DNA of 64,000 nucleotides from Octopus sinensis. Taxonomy: Eukaryota. The DNA lies in NCBI RefSeq assembly GCF_006345805.1, contig NC_043002.1:19220001-19284000 (forward strand), given 5' to 3'. Of the stretch, positions 24,655-38,209 are shown one piece after another. Every line of letters begins with the position of its first letter. Within the stretch, counting starts at the first letter, position 1. Below the pieces are notes generated by a model that was given only the letters and a program-made list of their open reading frames with translations, was not told the origin of the DNA and did not search any database. A program made the position numbers and the translations under genes.

Positions 24655-26226
24655 CATTCCATAAGTTCTGTCCGAATTTTGAATAAAGAACTAAGTGATC
24701 AAATGTTATATTTAATTGAAATTTAATCATTAATGTACTTTCCCTGATTATCTATGACTTTCTTCCATCTATTTACAAGCTTTTTAATCCCTTCAATGTA
24801 AAACTCTTTTGGTTTCAAAGCGAAGAACTCTGAAATGTCAGTTTCGACCTCCTCCTGGTTTGCGAAAGTTATGTCCCCCAAATGATTCTGTAAACTACGA
24901 AACAAATGGTAGTTTGAAGGAGCAAGGTCGGGAGAATAAGGTGGATGAGGAATTTTTTCCCAACCAAGCGCCTTGATCTTTTTTTGATGTCATCTTTGCA
25001 GTGTGGGGTCGTGTATTGTCCTGATGAAACATCACTCCTTTTCGATTCACTAAAGCGGGTCTTTTTTTCTTCAAAGTTTGGTTCAAATGCTCTAATTGCT
25101 GACAGTAGACTTGAGTATTGATTGTTGCATTAGGTGGTAACAATTCAAAGTGAATTACTCCATTGCAATCCCACCAGATAGAAAGAGGATCCTTTTTTTT
25201 CCATGAAGTCCCTTTCTCAGTTGTGGTTGAGCTTTTTCCCTCTTACCAAGCCACGACGTTTAACATTTCGATAGAAGATTCATTTTTCGTCACCAGTCAC
25301 AACTCTATCTAAAAAGGGTGAAATGAGTTCGCGAGAATGGAGAGAAGAGCAGATGTCAGCTCAGGATTTGCGATTGCTTTCGGGCAATTCATGAGGTACC
25401 CATTTTCCAAGTTTAGGAACCTTTCCAAGTTGTTGAAGATGACGATGAACAGTTGTATGGTTTGAACTAAGCTTTATTGCCAATTCTTCAACTGATAATG
25501 CAGGATTTTCTTCAAGTAATGTCTCAAGGAGCTTATCATCAAACTCAATCTTCAAGGCAGAAATCTTCATCTTCAAGGTAGAAATCTACACTTCTGAAAT
25601 TTACAAACCATCTTCTGCAAGTTCTTTAATTCAAGCATTCTTTCCCATAAACTGAGTGTATGTTTGAAGACGCTTCCACTGCAGAGTTTCCTTTTTTGTA
25701 CTCATAAAGCTTTATGTGCCTTAAATGCTCTTTGGATACTTCCATGTTAGAAAGGGTTTTGATCAGAGAAATTTTAATTTATCTGTTGTGTCTGGGGAGA
25801 GTCATTTTCTTTTTGTACCTTATAATATAACACACTCACCAGCAAAATTTCCACTTTTTTCAATAGTCTTGACTCTCAAGACTATTGAAAAGTTGTAAGA
25901 CGCAACGAAAATTTTAGGAAAATAAAAATAAGAAAAAGTGGAAATTTTGCCGGTGTGTGTGTTATATTATAAGGTACAAAAAGAAAATGACTCTCCCTGG
26001 ACACAACAGAATATGCTTCAACACACGAACTCATATAAAGAATCTTGCAAACCAAATCCAAAAACGAATTTTAATTATATTATTCTGTAAAATAATATTT
26101 GATTAGTTTAAATGTACACAAATGCATAAAAATATTTTTCAATTTCATTAGATATTCTAAAATTCTATTAAATTTCATTCAATTTTTAAAAAGGCAAAAT
26201 CAGACAGAACTTATGGGATGACCTGA
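24649..26226 (-). mobile_element. Defective mariner, copy 1 (with foldback insertion)
   Basis: TIRs AGGTCATTCCATAAGTTCTGTC / GACAGAACTTATGGGATGACCT. Fragments GKWVPHEL, VTGDEK, FHQDNTRPH, PYSPDLAPS with several frameshifts. Confidence 0.9.
25781..26011. repeat. Foldback element inserted in the mariner 5' region (duplicated at ~27540-27770)
   Basis: ~80-bp terminal inverted arms TCTGTTGTGTCTGGGGAGAGTC... / ...GACTCTCCCTGGACACAACAGA, plus an inner hairpin CAATAGTCTTGA-CTC-TCAAGACTATTG. Confidence 0.85.
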
Positions 26227-26363
26227 TAACTCAAGGACTGACATAGTAAACATAATAGAAGGTATTCTACATCTTTCCCTAAAACATACCATTACATGCG
26301 GAACCGACTGTTTAAATCTATGTTAACTCATGTGATCTCCGTTGATATACAGTATGATTAACG

Positions 26364-26405
<42 letters not shown>

Positions 26406-26408
26406 ATA

Positions 26409-27985
26409 TAGGTCATTCCATAAGTTCTGTCCGAATTTTGAATAAAGAACTAAGTGATCAAATGTTATATTAATTGAAATTTAATCATTAATGTACTTTC
26501 CCTGATTATCTATGACTTTCTTCCATCTATTTACAAGCTTTTTAATCCCTTCAATGTAAAACTCTTTTGGTTTCAAAGCGAAGAACTCTGAAATGTCAGT
26601 TTCGACCTCCTCCTGGTTTGCGAAAGTTATGTCCCCCAAATGATTCTGTAAACTACGAAACAAATGGTAGTTTGAAGGAGCAAGGTCGGGAGAATAAGGT
26701 GGATGAGGAATTTTTTCCCAACCAAGCGCCTTGATCTTTTTTTGATGTCATCTTTGCAGTGTGGGGTCGTGTATTGTCCTGATGAAACATCACTCCTTTT
26801 CGATTCACTAAAGCGGGTCTTTTTTTCTTCAAAGTTTGGTTCAAATGCTCTAATTGCTGACAGTAGACTTGAGTATTGATTGTTGCATTAGGTGGTAACA
26901 ATTCAAAGTGAATTACTCCATTGCAATCCCACCAGATAGAAAGAGGATCCTTTTTTTTCCATGAAGTCCCTTTCTCAGTTGTGGTTGAGCTTTTTCCCTC
27001 TTACCAAGCCACGACGTTTAACATTTCGATAGAAGATTCATTTTTCGTCACCAGTCACAACTCTATCTAAAAAGGGTGAAATGAGTTCGCGAGAATGGAG
27101 AGAAGAGCAGATGTCAGCTCAGGATTTGCGATTGCTTTCGGGCAATTCATGAGGTACCCATTTTCCAAGTTTAGGAACCTTTCCAAGTTGTTGAAGATGA
27201 CGATGAACAGTTGTATGGTTTGAACTAAGCTTTATTGCCAATTCTTCAACTGATAATGCAGGATTTTCTTCAAGTAATGTCTCAAGGAGCTTATCATCAA
27301 ACTCAATCTTCAAGGCAGAAATCTTCATCTTCAAGGTAGAAATCTACACTTCTGAAATTTACAAACCATCTTCTGCAAGTTCTTTAATTCAAGCATTCTT
27401 TCCCATAAACTGAGTGTATGTTTGAAGACGCTTCCACTGCAGAGTTTCCTTTTTTGTACTCATAAAGCTTTATGTGCCTTAAATGCTCTTTGGATACTTC
27501 CATGTTAGAAAGGGTTTTGATCAGAGAAATTTTAATTTATCTGTTGTGTCTGGGGAGAGTCATTTTCTTTTTGTACCTTATAATATAACACACTCACCAG
27601 CAAAATTTCCACTTTTTTCAATAGTCTTGACTCTCAAGACTATTGAAAAGTTGTAAGACGCAACGAAAATTTTAGGAAAATAAAAATAAGAAAAAGTGGA
27701 AATTTTGCCGGTGTGTGTGTTATATTATAAGGTACAAAAAGAAAATGACTCTCCCTGGACACAACAGAATATGCTTCAACACACGAACTCATATAAAGAA
27801 TCTTGCAAACCAAATCCAAAAACGAAATTTTAATTATATTATTCTGTAAAATAATATTTGATTAGTTTAAATGTACACAAATGCATAAAAATATTTTTCA
27901 ATTTCATTAGATATTCTAAAATTCTATTAAATTTCATTCAATTTTTAAAAAGGCAAAATCAGACAGAACTTATGGGATGACCTGA
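26409..27985 (-). mobile_element. Defective mariner, copy 2 (tandem duplicate, offset ~1758 bp)
   Basis: ORFs identical to copy 1; the ~140-bp downstream flank is duplicated too. Confidence 0.9.
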
Positions 27986-28122
27986 TAACTCAAGGACTGA
28001 CATAGTAAACATAATAGAAGGTATTCTACATCTTTCCCTAAAACATACCATTACATGCGGAACCGACTGTTTAAATCTATGTTAACTCATGTGATCTCCG
28101 TTGATATACAGTATGATTAACG

Positions 28123-28170
<48 letters not shown>

Positions 28171-28880
28171 CTTCAACTCTTAAAATAATAATTATATTCA
28201 TGGCAGTGTGACTAGATACAGAACTAATATTTTAAGTGAGAGGAAGTTTACTAAAGACAAATAGTGAAAACACTTCAACCGAAGACTGAAAAAATCTTTA
28301 GTTCTTCGCTTGTGAGGAATTTACTATTGGCTTGTTACATACTGTATTATATATCTATCATTCTTTACACTTTCCTAAGTCGAACCCTGACAAGGGAACA
28401 TTAAAACAGAATAAGATTAACAGAAATGCTATTATACAACTTCAAATGTTTCTATTATACTTCCTTCAAACGTATGCCTTTATACGTCTTCGAAATGTAA
28501 TACGCGTATCACATTCCAAGAAATGGAGTTTGCACGGAAACTGTTCTGAAAAGATATTTGTTTCTTGATTTGAGAAAATTGATATTTTGCACTTTAAATT
28601 ATTTTCTTAGCCTTGACCAGAGTGTATGGATCCGTTTTTAGGAACATAATCTCGTTTTGTTGACTGAAATATATTTAAAAAAGGAAAAGACATACATTTT
28701 AACTTCAACTGAATCGATCGTGTTGGTACATGAACATGTACACAGTAAAATATTCAAAAGCTAAAGCGCTAAATTTGCATAAGTTACCACCGAGAAAATT
28801 TTACACTTTATCTTTCCTGTTTTTCTAGTAATATGACCGTAGTAGATATATTTTACATGTTTATTCTATATTACTTACAG

Positions 28881-28956
28881 ATGCAGACATTTCCGATAGT
28901 TTTCCTTTCACTTGCAGTCCCTGTCACTTATATCTTTACAGCAAACATTTCTTCAG
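28881..28956 (+). CDS. Coding exon 1 of a predicted secreted Cys-rich protein (signal peptide)
   Basis: Acceptor TTACTTACAG|ATG; reads MQTFPIVFLSLAVPVTYIFTANISS+G; donor CAG|GTATAT, phase 1. Confidence 0.7.
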
Positions 28957-29536
28957 GTATATTTTAATATTCTTAAACTCCTAACCTTTTATCTATATCA
29001 CTGAACAAGCCATTATCGAAACCGACATACGAAACCGTAATAACTCTCTCCCCTTATCTGTCCTTCAATTGCCCACTCTGATATTTAAAAATTTCCAGAT
29101 ATTGCATTGAATTTTTAAGGAACTGGAAATAAATAAACGGATCTTTACCATTTGACCGAAAGATATAAAAAATAATTTTTTGTAACTAAACACTTTCAAA
29201 CTTCGAACACTGGTATATATGTGTCATATAAAACATCTTTAACACTTAGCAGTTTTTGAGAAAAACTTATATTTACGAAGTAATTTCGCGTTAAAGTTGT
29301 CCTATTTCGGTAATTTCAACCAATCAATGATGTGTATTCGGCTGAATAAAATTACTGCAGTTGTTTGTCAACAAGAACTTCCGGCGATGTATATTTCGTT
29401 TGTCACTGTTATTTATGACAACCCTAAACCTAAAACCCTAACACCTTAAAGTTAAAACCAGTATAAACGCACGAACGATGTCATAAATAATTTGTATTTC
29501 AGAACAGGATAAATTTGTAATATTTTACGCCTTAAT

Positions 29537-30105
29537 AAGGTGGCCAGTTGGTAGAATCGTTAGCACGCCGGGCAAAATGCTGAGTAGTATTTTGTCAGTT
29601 TTTACGGTCTAAGTTCAAATTCTACCGAGGTCGACTTTGCCTTTCATCCTTTCTGGGTCGATAAAATAAATACTAGTTGAGCTCTTGGGTCGATGTAATC
29701 GGTTAATCCGCTCCCATGAAATTGCAGGCTTTGTGCCAAAATTTGAAACCAATATTACTTCTGCCTCTTCCGGTTCTTAAGGTTGATGTCAACTTTACTT
29801 GTCAACTTTTCAGGATCAATAAAATAAAGTACCAGTCAAGTATTGGGTAGAGAGAGGATGATGCAGTCGACTTGCCCTTTCCTCTCAAAATTGCTGGCTT
29901 TGTGCTAAAATTAGAAAGAAGTATTATTCTTCTGCTTTTTCCAGATCTTTACGACCAGCATTCAAATTTCACAGAGGTTGATTTTACCTATCATTCTTTC
30001 GTGCTCGATCAAATAAGTACCAGTTGAGCACTGGGATCACTGCAATCGATTAACTTCCTCTCGCTAAAATTACTAGCATTGTGCCGTAGTTAGAAACAAT
30101 ATTAC
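29537..30105 (+). mobile_element. Cluster of about three degenerate SINE-A units
   Basis: Repeated GTCGACTTTGCCTTTCATCCTTT...AAATAAGTACCAG blocks. Confidence 0.8.
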
Positions 30106-30872
30106 TTAGCTGTTTGTAACTAAGGTTGTGCAGCTTTCAAATAATTTCATGCTACTATTTGGTGGAGGGGCGATGCAATCATGCAATTTCTGCAATGCAT
30201 GTGACATGTAATATGACAAGTAGAAAATACTTGAGGTTTAAATCTTGAGTCTTACTGTAGACTAATTGTAATGTTTTGCGTAATAAATTTAATTCAACAT
30301 CAAAACATGACATGGCTCACGGTTTCATTTAGCAGATTCCATGTTGCCGCAAGCAATGGAGTTATAAAAAAAATTAATATTACGCAAACAAAGAATTGTA
30401 CCCAGGAATTCTTTGCTGAATTCGGACGCAACTCAGCTACTCGATAGATATGTCTCCCTTGGAACAAAGTCACTGAATTATTCTTGCCTTTTGTACGTTC
30501 TGCACCTCCTCTTGAACGGCTACACAAGACTTTACTAAAAAAATCTCTTTAACTGTTGACTATCTATAAAGTAAGTTTTCTTTTATGTCTGTAAATACGT
30601 TTTAACAATAATTTTCTAAGTCTCTGCAGCTCTAACCTAATTTACAATACACTCTTTCCCCACCTTTATTTTAACTTTTCTATAATTTTTTTTTTGTTAT
30701 GATTGTTACGCGTCATAACCCTCTTGATTTTTCTCCTCGTTCCCTCTAATATATTATTTACTTAACACCCAAAAATCGAATTTTCACCGCAATTTCAAGT
30801 AGAGTAAATCTCAAACTAAACTAAATGCTAATCCACATCTCCAAACAGAGAAAAACGTTTCTCTTTTTACAG

Positions 30873-30995
30873 AATGTAATGGCTGTTATTTGGACGGAAA
30901 ATGCTTTTGTAATCATACGATAGGCCTTTTTAGAACACTGTATGAATGTAGGGAAGTAATGTGCATTGGAAAATCATACAGAATTTTAAAGTGGT
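30873..30995 (+). CDS. Coding exon 2 of the Cys-rich protein
   Basis: TTTCTCTTTTTACAG acceptor and GTAAGT donor; 123 nt, phase 1-1. Reads (E)CNGCYLDGKCFCNHTIGLFRTLYECREVMCIGKSYRILKW. Confidence 0.8.
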
Positions 30996-31580
30996 GTAAG
31001 TAAAAATCTAAAATGTTTCCTCCACATAATTCCTATTCCAAACATTTTTATGTTGTCAATAAACTTTATGTAGTTAAAAAAAATCAATTAATTAATAATA
31101 CCTTTTCAATGAAGAGGGGAATAAAGGGACCTTTTGAAATTGTTTTGCTCACTACATTCATCAGCTCTCGCTTAACTATTGTATTTTATACAGAAGCTAA
31201 GTAACTTCTCTCAATTTTTATACAACGTGATCTTGTCATCTCGTGAATTTTTCTTGTACATCAACATAGTGAGCCTTTATTGCTGAATCTTGCAAGTGCT
31301 GGAAAGACTATGCTTCACAGAAACGGCTGAGTAAAAGTGAAACGTGCTCAATGTTGTCAGATTAAATCATGTTTTCGGTCCTTCATTCCATGTGTTATTC
31401 AAATTTTAATTAAACTTTCTGAGTAGTTTCCCTTACTTTGACCGGTTTGTATTATCACCAGTCTTTGAGACTGATTCCATTTTCATTGCAAAGGTAATTT
31501 TAATTCGTTGAAATTTTTGTTTCATTACATTATGTCAACTCTCACTCATTTACATTACCACTATTTTCGTTTTTATATGT

Positions 31581-32897
31581 AACTAGCTTAAGGTGACCCG
31601 CTCTACGTGCGTGTAAGAGTGTGGTTGTTACTTTCTGTTGCTTCCATTTTATCCCCACATTCTCCCTCTCCCTCTTTGCTTCTCTCTCCTTTCTCTCTCA
31701 CTTTCCCACTCTCTTACTCTTCCTTTCTCTCGGACTCTCCCTAGTTTTCTCTTACTCTCTATCTTTCTCTATCTATCTGTTTCCCATTTATAAACAAAAG
31801 ATCTTGAGTAAGTTGAGAAAGAAAATATTTTGAAAGATCAATCATAAATCTCAGGCAGTGACAACGGAAAGGTCTGCTTCAAGGCAGACAGCAAAACACT
31901 AACATTTAAAAGGGACAGACGAACTTGCGAGCTGAACAAAAATTAAAAAAATATTGGAAAGCAAAGTTTGAAGGATAGAATCTGAGGATAGTAGAGTCAA
32001 CATGGCTGACATTTCTTAACGACGGACAGCAACGAAGTGGCAGTGTAACGGCTGGCGTAAAATTTTGAACTTGATGTAAAAGAAAATTCCTAAATACCAA
32101 GTCTTGAAGCGATTCTTTCTCACGACAGTAGACTCGCCAATGCAAGCATTCAAAACTTCTTCATGATGGACGGCAACACATTGAAGATTTAAAGGCAGGA
32201 GCAAATTTTTTAGCCTGATGTAACAGAATTCCTAGACACCCGCTCCTGTAAATTTTAATCCCTTTCCAGCCCCATATAGACCCCTTTTCACATTTGGGTT
32301 AATATAAACCTATTTCTTTCAGGTTTACTCGGGCCACATTTTGTAAGATGAGGAATTTTGTCCTAGAGGTTACTTTTCATTTGAGGAAAAAAATAGTTGC
32401 CATGCAAACTCGCCAGCACTTTTAACATAGGTGTGCATATTTTCAGCTCAACCGACCACATAATGCACACATTATATATGTATGTATGTATATATACATA
32501 TATACGCATTATATATATATATGTACATTTATACGCATTATATATATGTACATTTATACGCGTTGTATATATATATATATATATACATATATACGCATTA
32601 AATATATATATATGTACATTTATACGCATTATATATATATATATATATACATACATATATACGCATTATATATATATATATATATACATACATATATACG
32701 CATTATATATATATATGTACATTTATACGCATTATATATATATATATATACATTTATACGCATTATATATATATACATACATTTATACGCATTATATATA
32801 TATACATTTATACGCATTATATATATACGTATATATATATAAATACAGATATATACACTTTGTATATATACATTATATATACATATTTATATATAGA

Positions 32898-32930
<33 letters not shown>

Positions 32931-33464
32931 AATTAACCCAATAAATATCTGATTCATAATATTTGTTCTCGTGATTGTGTGGTGGTTGTGGCGATAATAA
33001 AACTGTCTATGAATGCAGACAGACGTAGAGAGAGAGAGTGACAGCGCTGGCGAAGGTAGTGGAGGAAAGATAGACGCTATTAAACGACGTTATAGAGAGA
33101 AAGTGAAAGGAAGGGAGGAGAGAGAGAGAGATGGAGGGAGACAGGCAAATAATAGAATGAGAGTAGACTTGTGGTGGTGGCGAGAAAGTGAAAGGAAGGG
33201 GGAAAGAGAGCGAGAGAGAGAGGGGGAGGAAGACAGACACATAAAAGAATGAGAGTAGACTTGTCAAAGTGTGCGTTTTTTGCCCTAGCAGCGACACCTT
33301 TTAAGATAGGGATTTCTAACCTAGCCTACTCGCATCCTCACCTCATTTTACATGTTCCTGTAAATTTTGGAGTCAATCCGACGGGATCTAGTGCCCTTCA
33401 ACCCGTTCTCAATGCCAAAACCAGACAAACAAACTTTTTGCATTTGGGAATTATAATATAGAGA
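31581..33464 (+). mobile_element. Probable non-autonomous Helitron/DINE-like element with internal insertions
   Basis: Starts ACTAG...GACCCG and ends AAATTTTGGAGTCAATCCGAC...CAGACAAACAAAC...ATTATAATATAGAGAT, the typical HINE/DINE architecture. Internal CT-rich and GA-rich tracts. Confidence 0.45.
32470..32930. repeat. AT-rich minisatellite (ATACATTTATACGCATT(AT)n)
   Basis: Directly visible. Confidence 0.9.
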
Positions 33465-34072
33465 TTTCTAGAATAGTTCTTGTATCCTATGATTTTAATA
33501 ACAAATATCTGACTTCCTTCTCGCATTGTATTCTACTTTTGTGAAATTGTTTTATAACCATTTCTTGCACTTATAACTGAAATACATGTGTCAGTGGATG
33601 AAGTTCCTATAAGCTCGAAATTTACTAAGAGAAAATTTAGGAGGAAAATAGTTCTCGATCGAAAATACTGTACAAAATGTTTTGTTTGAATACTTGTATT
33701 TTTGTAACAGAAGAGAATTCCTTACATGTACACCGCCAATTTATTCACAGGAGAAGAGACTGAAGTAATAAGTACAGAATAGACAAAGAGATCCACTATT
33801 AAAGAAAAATAATACCACTTTAACTTCAAGATGGCGGCCAGGATGAAGTCAGGTTGTCTGTGGACAATGTAACACAGAAGTCGTCGTGTGTGGTGCGAAG
33901 GTAGTGTAGAAGGACCGCAATAGCACGATACAGATATAGCGATAAATAGGAACAACGAAAAGGCTTTTCGTGATCAGGTTAACCAACAAGTCCTCTTTCA
34001 AAATCTAAGAAAGACATAACATCACAGCATTAGCAAGGCACGCATGGTGTTCAAGAAAAATATTTGTCAACT

Positions 34073-34459
34073 GTGGAAGCACTCCGTCGGTTACGACGAC
34101 GAGGGTTCCGGTTGATCCGAATCAACGGAACAGCCTGCTCGTGAAATTAACGTGTAAGTGGCTGAGCACTCCACAGACACGTGTACCCTTAACGTAGTTC
34201 TCGGGGATATTCAGCGTGACACAGAGAGTGACAAGGCCGGCCCTTTGAAATACAGGTACAACAGAAACAGGAAGTAAGAGTGAGAGAAAGTTGTGGTGAA
34301 AGAGTACAGCAGGGATCACCACCATCCCCTGCCGGAGCCTCGTGGAGCTTTTAGGTGTTTTCGCTCAATAAACACTCACAACGCCCGGTCTGGGAATCGA
34401 AACTGCGATCCTATGACCGCGAGTCCGCTGCCCTAACCACTGGGCCATTGCGCCTCCAC
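34073..34459 (-). mobile_element. SINE family C full copy
   Basis: 11-bp TSD ATTTGTCAACT. Confidence 0.92.
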
Positions 34460-35029
34460 ATTTGTCAACTAGAGACTGCTGAAAACGTGCTGACCGTATT
34501 TCAATAACAGCAGGAGTTGCAAGCTATTTGGCAAAAAAGAATTATCCTGAACATTTCGCTACACCCTGGAACATTTCTGAACTCTAAAAGCGAAATTTAT
34601 TCTCTCATGCCCTCATGACTAGAAGAATATTTTATGTAATTGGTCGAGCCCAATTACACTAATCACTGCTGGTTACCCCTTTTCATGTTTATTATAGCCT
34701 TTTTATATTCATCCTTTCTTACATACTGTGGTTCACATTCTTTCCTCCCCTCTGATCATTGTTGTAGAACTATATACTTCCTCTTCCCCTATATCTCTTT
34801 CACCTTTCGCCTTCCTACCCTCCTTCATATCTGTCTTACTCTCAATCGCTCCTTATGTCACTTCCTTGCTCTCTCGTTATTTTTAAATATTTCCCCAAAA
34901 TAACAAATACACACAGGCATATATTTAACATTCCTCCACAAACTGGTAAATTACAACCACCCCCCACGTCCCTCATATTTCCTTTCCGATTCCTCTCTTT
35001 CATCCTCTCCCTTTATTCCCACTCCGCTC

Positions 35030-35108
<79 letters not shown>

Positions 35109-35120
35109 CACACACATTTA

Positions 35121-35329
35121 TACTTTTACTTGTTTCAGTCATTTGACTGCGGCCATGCTGGAGCACCGCCTTTAGTCGAGCAAATCGACCCCGGGACTTA
35201 TTCTTTGTAAGCCCAGTATTTATTCTATCGGTCTCCTTTGCCGAACCGCTAAGTAACGGGGACGTAAACACACCACCATCGGTTGTCAAGCAATGCTAGG
35301 GGGACAAACACAGACACACAAACACACAT

Positions 35330-35365
<36 letters not shown>

Positions 35366-35541
35366 TTTATTATACATACATATATACGACAGGCTTCTTT
35401 CAGTTTCCGTCTACCAAATCCACTCACAAGGCATTGGTCGGCCCGGGGTTATAGCAGAAGACACTTGCCCAAGATGCCACGCAGTACGACTGAACCCGGA
35501 ACCATGTGGCTGGTTAGCAAGCTACTTACCACACAGCCACT
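35121..35541 (-). mobile_element. SINE family B copy
   Basis: Reverse complement of the 7088-7560 family. Confidence 0.9.
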
Positions 35542-35953
35542 GTGTATCGAAGACACTGTACATCAGGCTTACAGGATGTAAGTTTGACTTCATAGGCCAA
35601 TCTGGGGAAAATAAGTCTGGAAAGGCTAAACCCTGAATCGCATATTGCTGAGATTTTTCGATTGGGTTTTAGGATGTGACAAGGTTCATTCTAATTTTTA
35701 CTACAATCAAGAACTCCGAGTTGTTGACCGAAAACTTTTCTTTCGATCCTTCAGTTCAAAATAGTCCAAACTATATATTTCCGACTGGTCATGTCTAATG
35801 ATTATTTAATAGAAGCTTAACTATTTGTGGAATATTTGGTCGTATGTGAACCTTAATTTAATAATACTATATAAAATGAGCGCGTGTCTGTTAAGTGAAA
35901 TCAGTAAAAATATGCATTTCAAGTATGATGATTAATTTTAATTTGCTTTTCAG

Positions 35954-36085
35954 ATTGTAAAGACAATCGAGATAATTGCTTGGAACATGGAGAACATCGT
36001 CCTGGTGTTTTAAACAATCAGTGTGTCATGTTTACTTGTATAGTATGGCGTAAAATTCCACGAATGGGTGTACGGCGAAATTTTG
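35954..36085 (+). CDS. Coding exon 3 of the Cys-rich protein
   Basis: TTTGCTTTTCAG acceptor and GTGAGT donor; 132 nt, phase 1-1. Reads (Y)CKDNRDNCLEHGEHRPGVLNNQCVMFTCIVWRKIPRMGVRRNF. Confidence 0.8.
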
Positions 36086-36285
36086 GTGAGTAAACTTTAA
36101 TATTTGACTGTTTGTGCATATACAGTTAAGTTTCACACACACACATACACGGGTAAAATCCAAGCTACATATGTTTCTTAGCAAGCTGATCCCTGATCGT
36201 ACTCTCTCCACTTTTTGTTTTCTATAACAGTTACAGGCTGCTTGAAGCTTACAAACTTCCTACACTTAGATTGCGGAATCTTGCC

Positions 36286-36327
<42 letters not shown>

Positions 36328-36334
<7 letters not shown>

Positions 36335-36592
36335 ACCGACCAGACAATCAGATGTTGTTACACATCGTTCGCATTGTTTTAGCCTTCAAATGATGCCACC
36401 TCGCTGGCTAAGCGAGCAGGCCAACAGAAGAAAGAGTGGTGAAAGAGTACAGCAGGGATCACCACCACCCCCTGCTGGAGCTTCGTGGACCTTTTAGGTG
36501 TTTTCGCTCAATAAACACTCACAACGCCCGGTCTGGGAATCGAAACCACGATCCTACGACCGCTGCCCTAACCACTGGGCCATTGCGCCTCC

Positions 36593-36593
<1 letters not shown>
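36328..36593 (-). mobile_element. SINE family C head with an alternative 3' tail
   Basis: 36436-36593 matches the family C head; 36328-36435 differs from the tail of the other copies. Flanked by (TA)n. Confidence 0.8.
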
Positions 36594-36636
<43 letters not shown>

Positions 36637-36814
36637 GTGTACATACATATACACACGCGCTTGGCTTCTCCACAGCGTCTGTCTATCAAATTCACTTGCA
36701 AGGGATGTAGGAGAAAATCCTTGCCCAACGTGCCATGTGGTTGCAAAGTGAACTTCTTAATCCCACACCCATGCCTATGCTTAATTTATAGATAGATAGA
36801 TAGATAGATATAAT

Positions 36815-37110
36815 AATTCAACGTCTGTTGTCCATGCTGACATCGTTTGACCAGGGCTGGTAAGCTGAGGGTATACACGAAAGTCCAGTCTGATTTGGTA
36901 TGGTTTCTACGGCTGGATGCCCTTCCTGACGCCAACCACTCCAAGAGTGTACTGGGTGCTTTTACGTGCCACCGAAACTGGTGTCAGTTGCATGACACCA
37001 GTATCTGCCACGACGATTTCGCTTGGATCGATGGGTCTTCTCAAGCACGGTATATTGCCAAAAGTCTCGGTCATTTGCCATTGCCTCCGTAAGGCCCAAC
37101 GCTCGAAAGG
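36815..37110 (-). mobile_element. V-domain-like SINE fragment
   Basis: Minus strand GGTTGGCGTCAGGAAGGGCATCCAGCCGTAGAAAC. Related pieces at ~46960-47065 and 51715-51920. Confidence 0.6.
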
Positions 37111-37746
37111 TACCAGTACCGTGACATCATCTACGATGTGTTTAAAGTGTGTGAGACATTACTAGTATTGTTAGAGATCTATATTTATGTCACGTTAAAG
37201 TCTTATATTTCAAGATCGCACACTTTATCAAGTATAATGTTGCGTATATTTGGGATTATACTTAATCGAAGAAATAAAGCCAAATAAAACTGAAATAACA
37301 GAAGCTCTGCTGTACCAAAGTAGAAACATTGGTAAGGTTAGTGCCTCATAGTTGCTTTTGTACTCTTTAGTTTATCATAGGAATTATATTAGAAAACGCT
37401 CTTGAATTTGTTTTTTAAAACTGGTTAAAAATAATCTTCTTGGATCAAAATAGAACAAAATATAAGCTGATTGCATATAAGCCGATGACCAGTGGAAACC
37501 ATTAAGCATACAATGGTCGCAGATAATCTCTAAACTGAAAAAGCATCTTGGTCATCCCATGAGAACAGTAAATCTCTTTAAAGTCGGATACAGTGGATTA
37601 CAAAAACCATTGCATGAAATTCGCTGTCAAAGATGAACGTCATATCCATGCAGGCCATAACTAGCGTGGATTAATGAGTTGAACCGCAGTTACCAGTTGA
37701 ACAGTGGCAATCTATTATTACATCAAACCCTGTACTTCTTTAATAA

Positions 37747-37960
37747 TACTTTCTATTATAGGCACAAGGCCTGAAATTTGGGGGGGAGGGGTAAGTCAAT
37801 TATATCAACCCCAGTGCTCAAAAAGTACTTAATTTATCGACTCTGAAAGGATGAAAGGCAAAGTCGACCTCGGCGGAATTTGAACTCAGAACGTGACAGC
37901 AGACGAAATACCACTAAGCATTTCGCCTGGCGTGCTAACGATTCTGCCAGCTCGCCACCT
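37747..37960 (-). mobile_element. SINE family A monomer
   Basis: 16-bp TSD TGTACTTCTTTAATAA (37731-37746 and 37961-37976). Confidence 0.92.
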
Positions 37961-38209
37961 TGTACTTCTTTAATAAATTCCATTAACTGTGATGATCTCC
38001 ATTGATTTCAAAATGAAGGTTAAGGAAATCTTCAGTATGTCCATTGAAGCATAAAGTGTCAAGTGTTTCATTGCAGTTAAGCATCATCCCTGCAAAAATG
38101 TGTGTATTGTATAAAAAAAAGAGATAGCTACACCAGAATTGTTTTTTTTCTTCACATTTCTAAGCTCTAGGTGAGCTAATGATTCTCTGTAGGATTATCA
38201 TCATGTAGT

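Noticed and set aside
29418-29460. ACCCTAA-like telomeric motifs
   Set aside because: Only a few degenerate units inside a repeat-like element; not a telomere array.
33780-34640. Possible Penelope remnant and YY1-like AAGATGGCGGC motif
   Set aside because: Too degenerate to support as a feature; a single motif is not evidence of a promoter.
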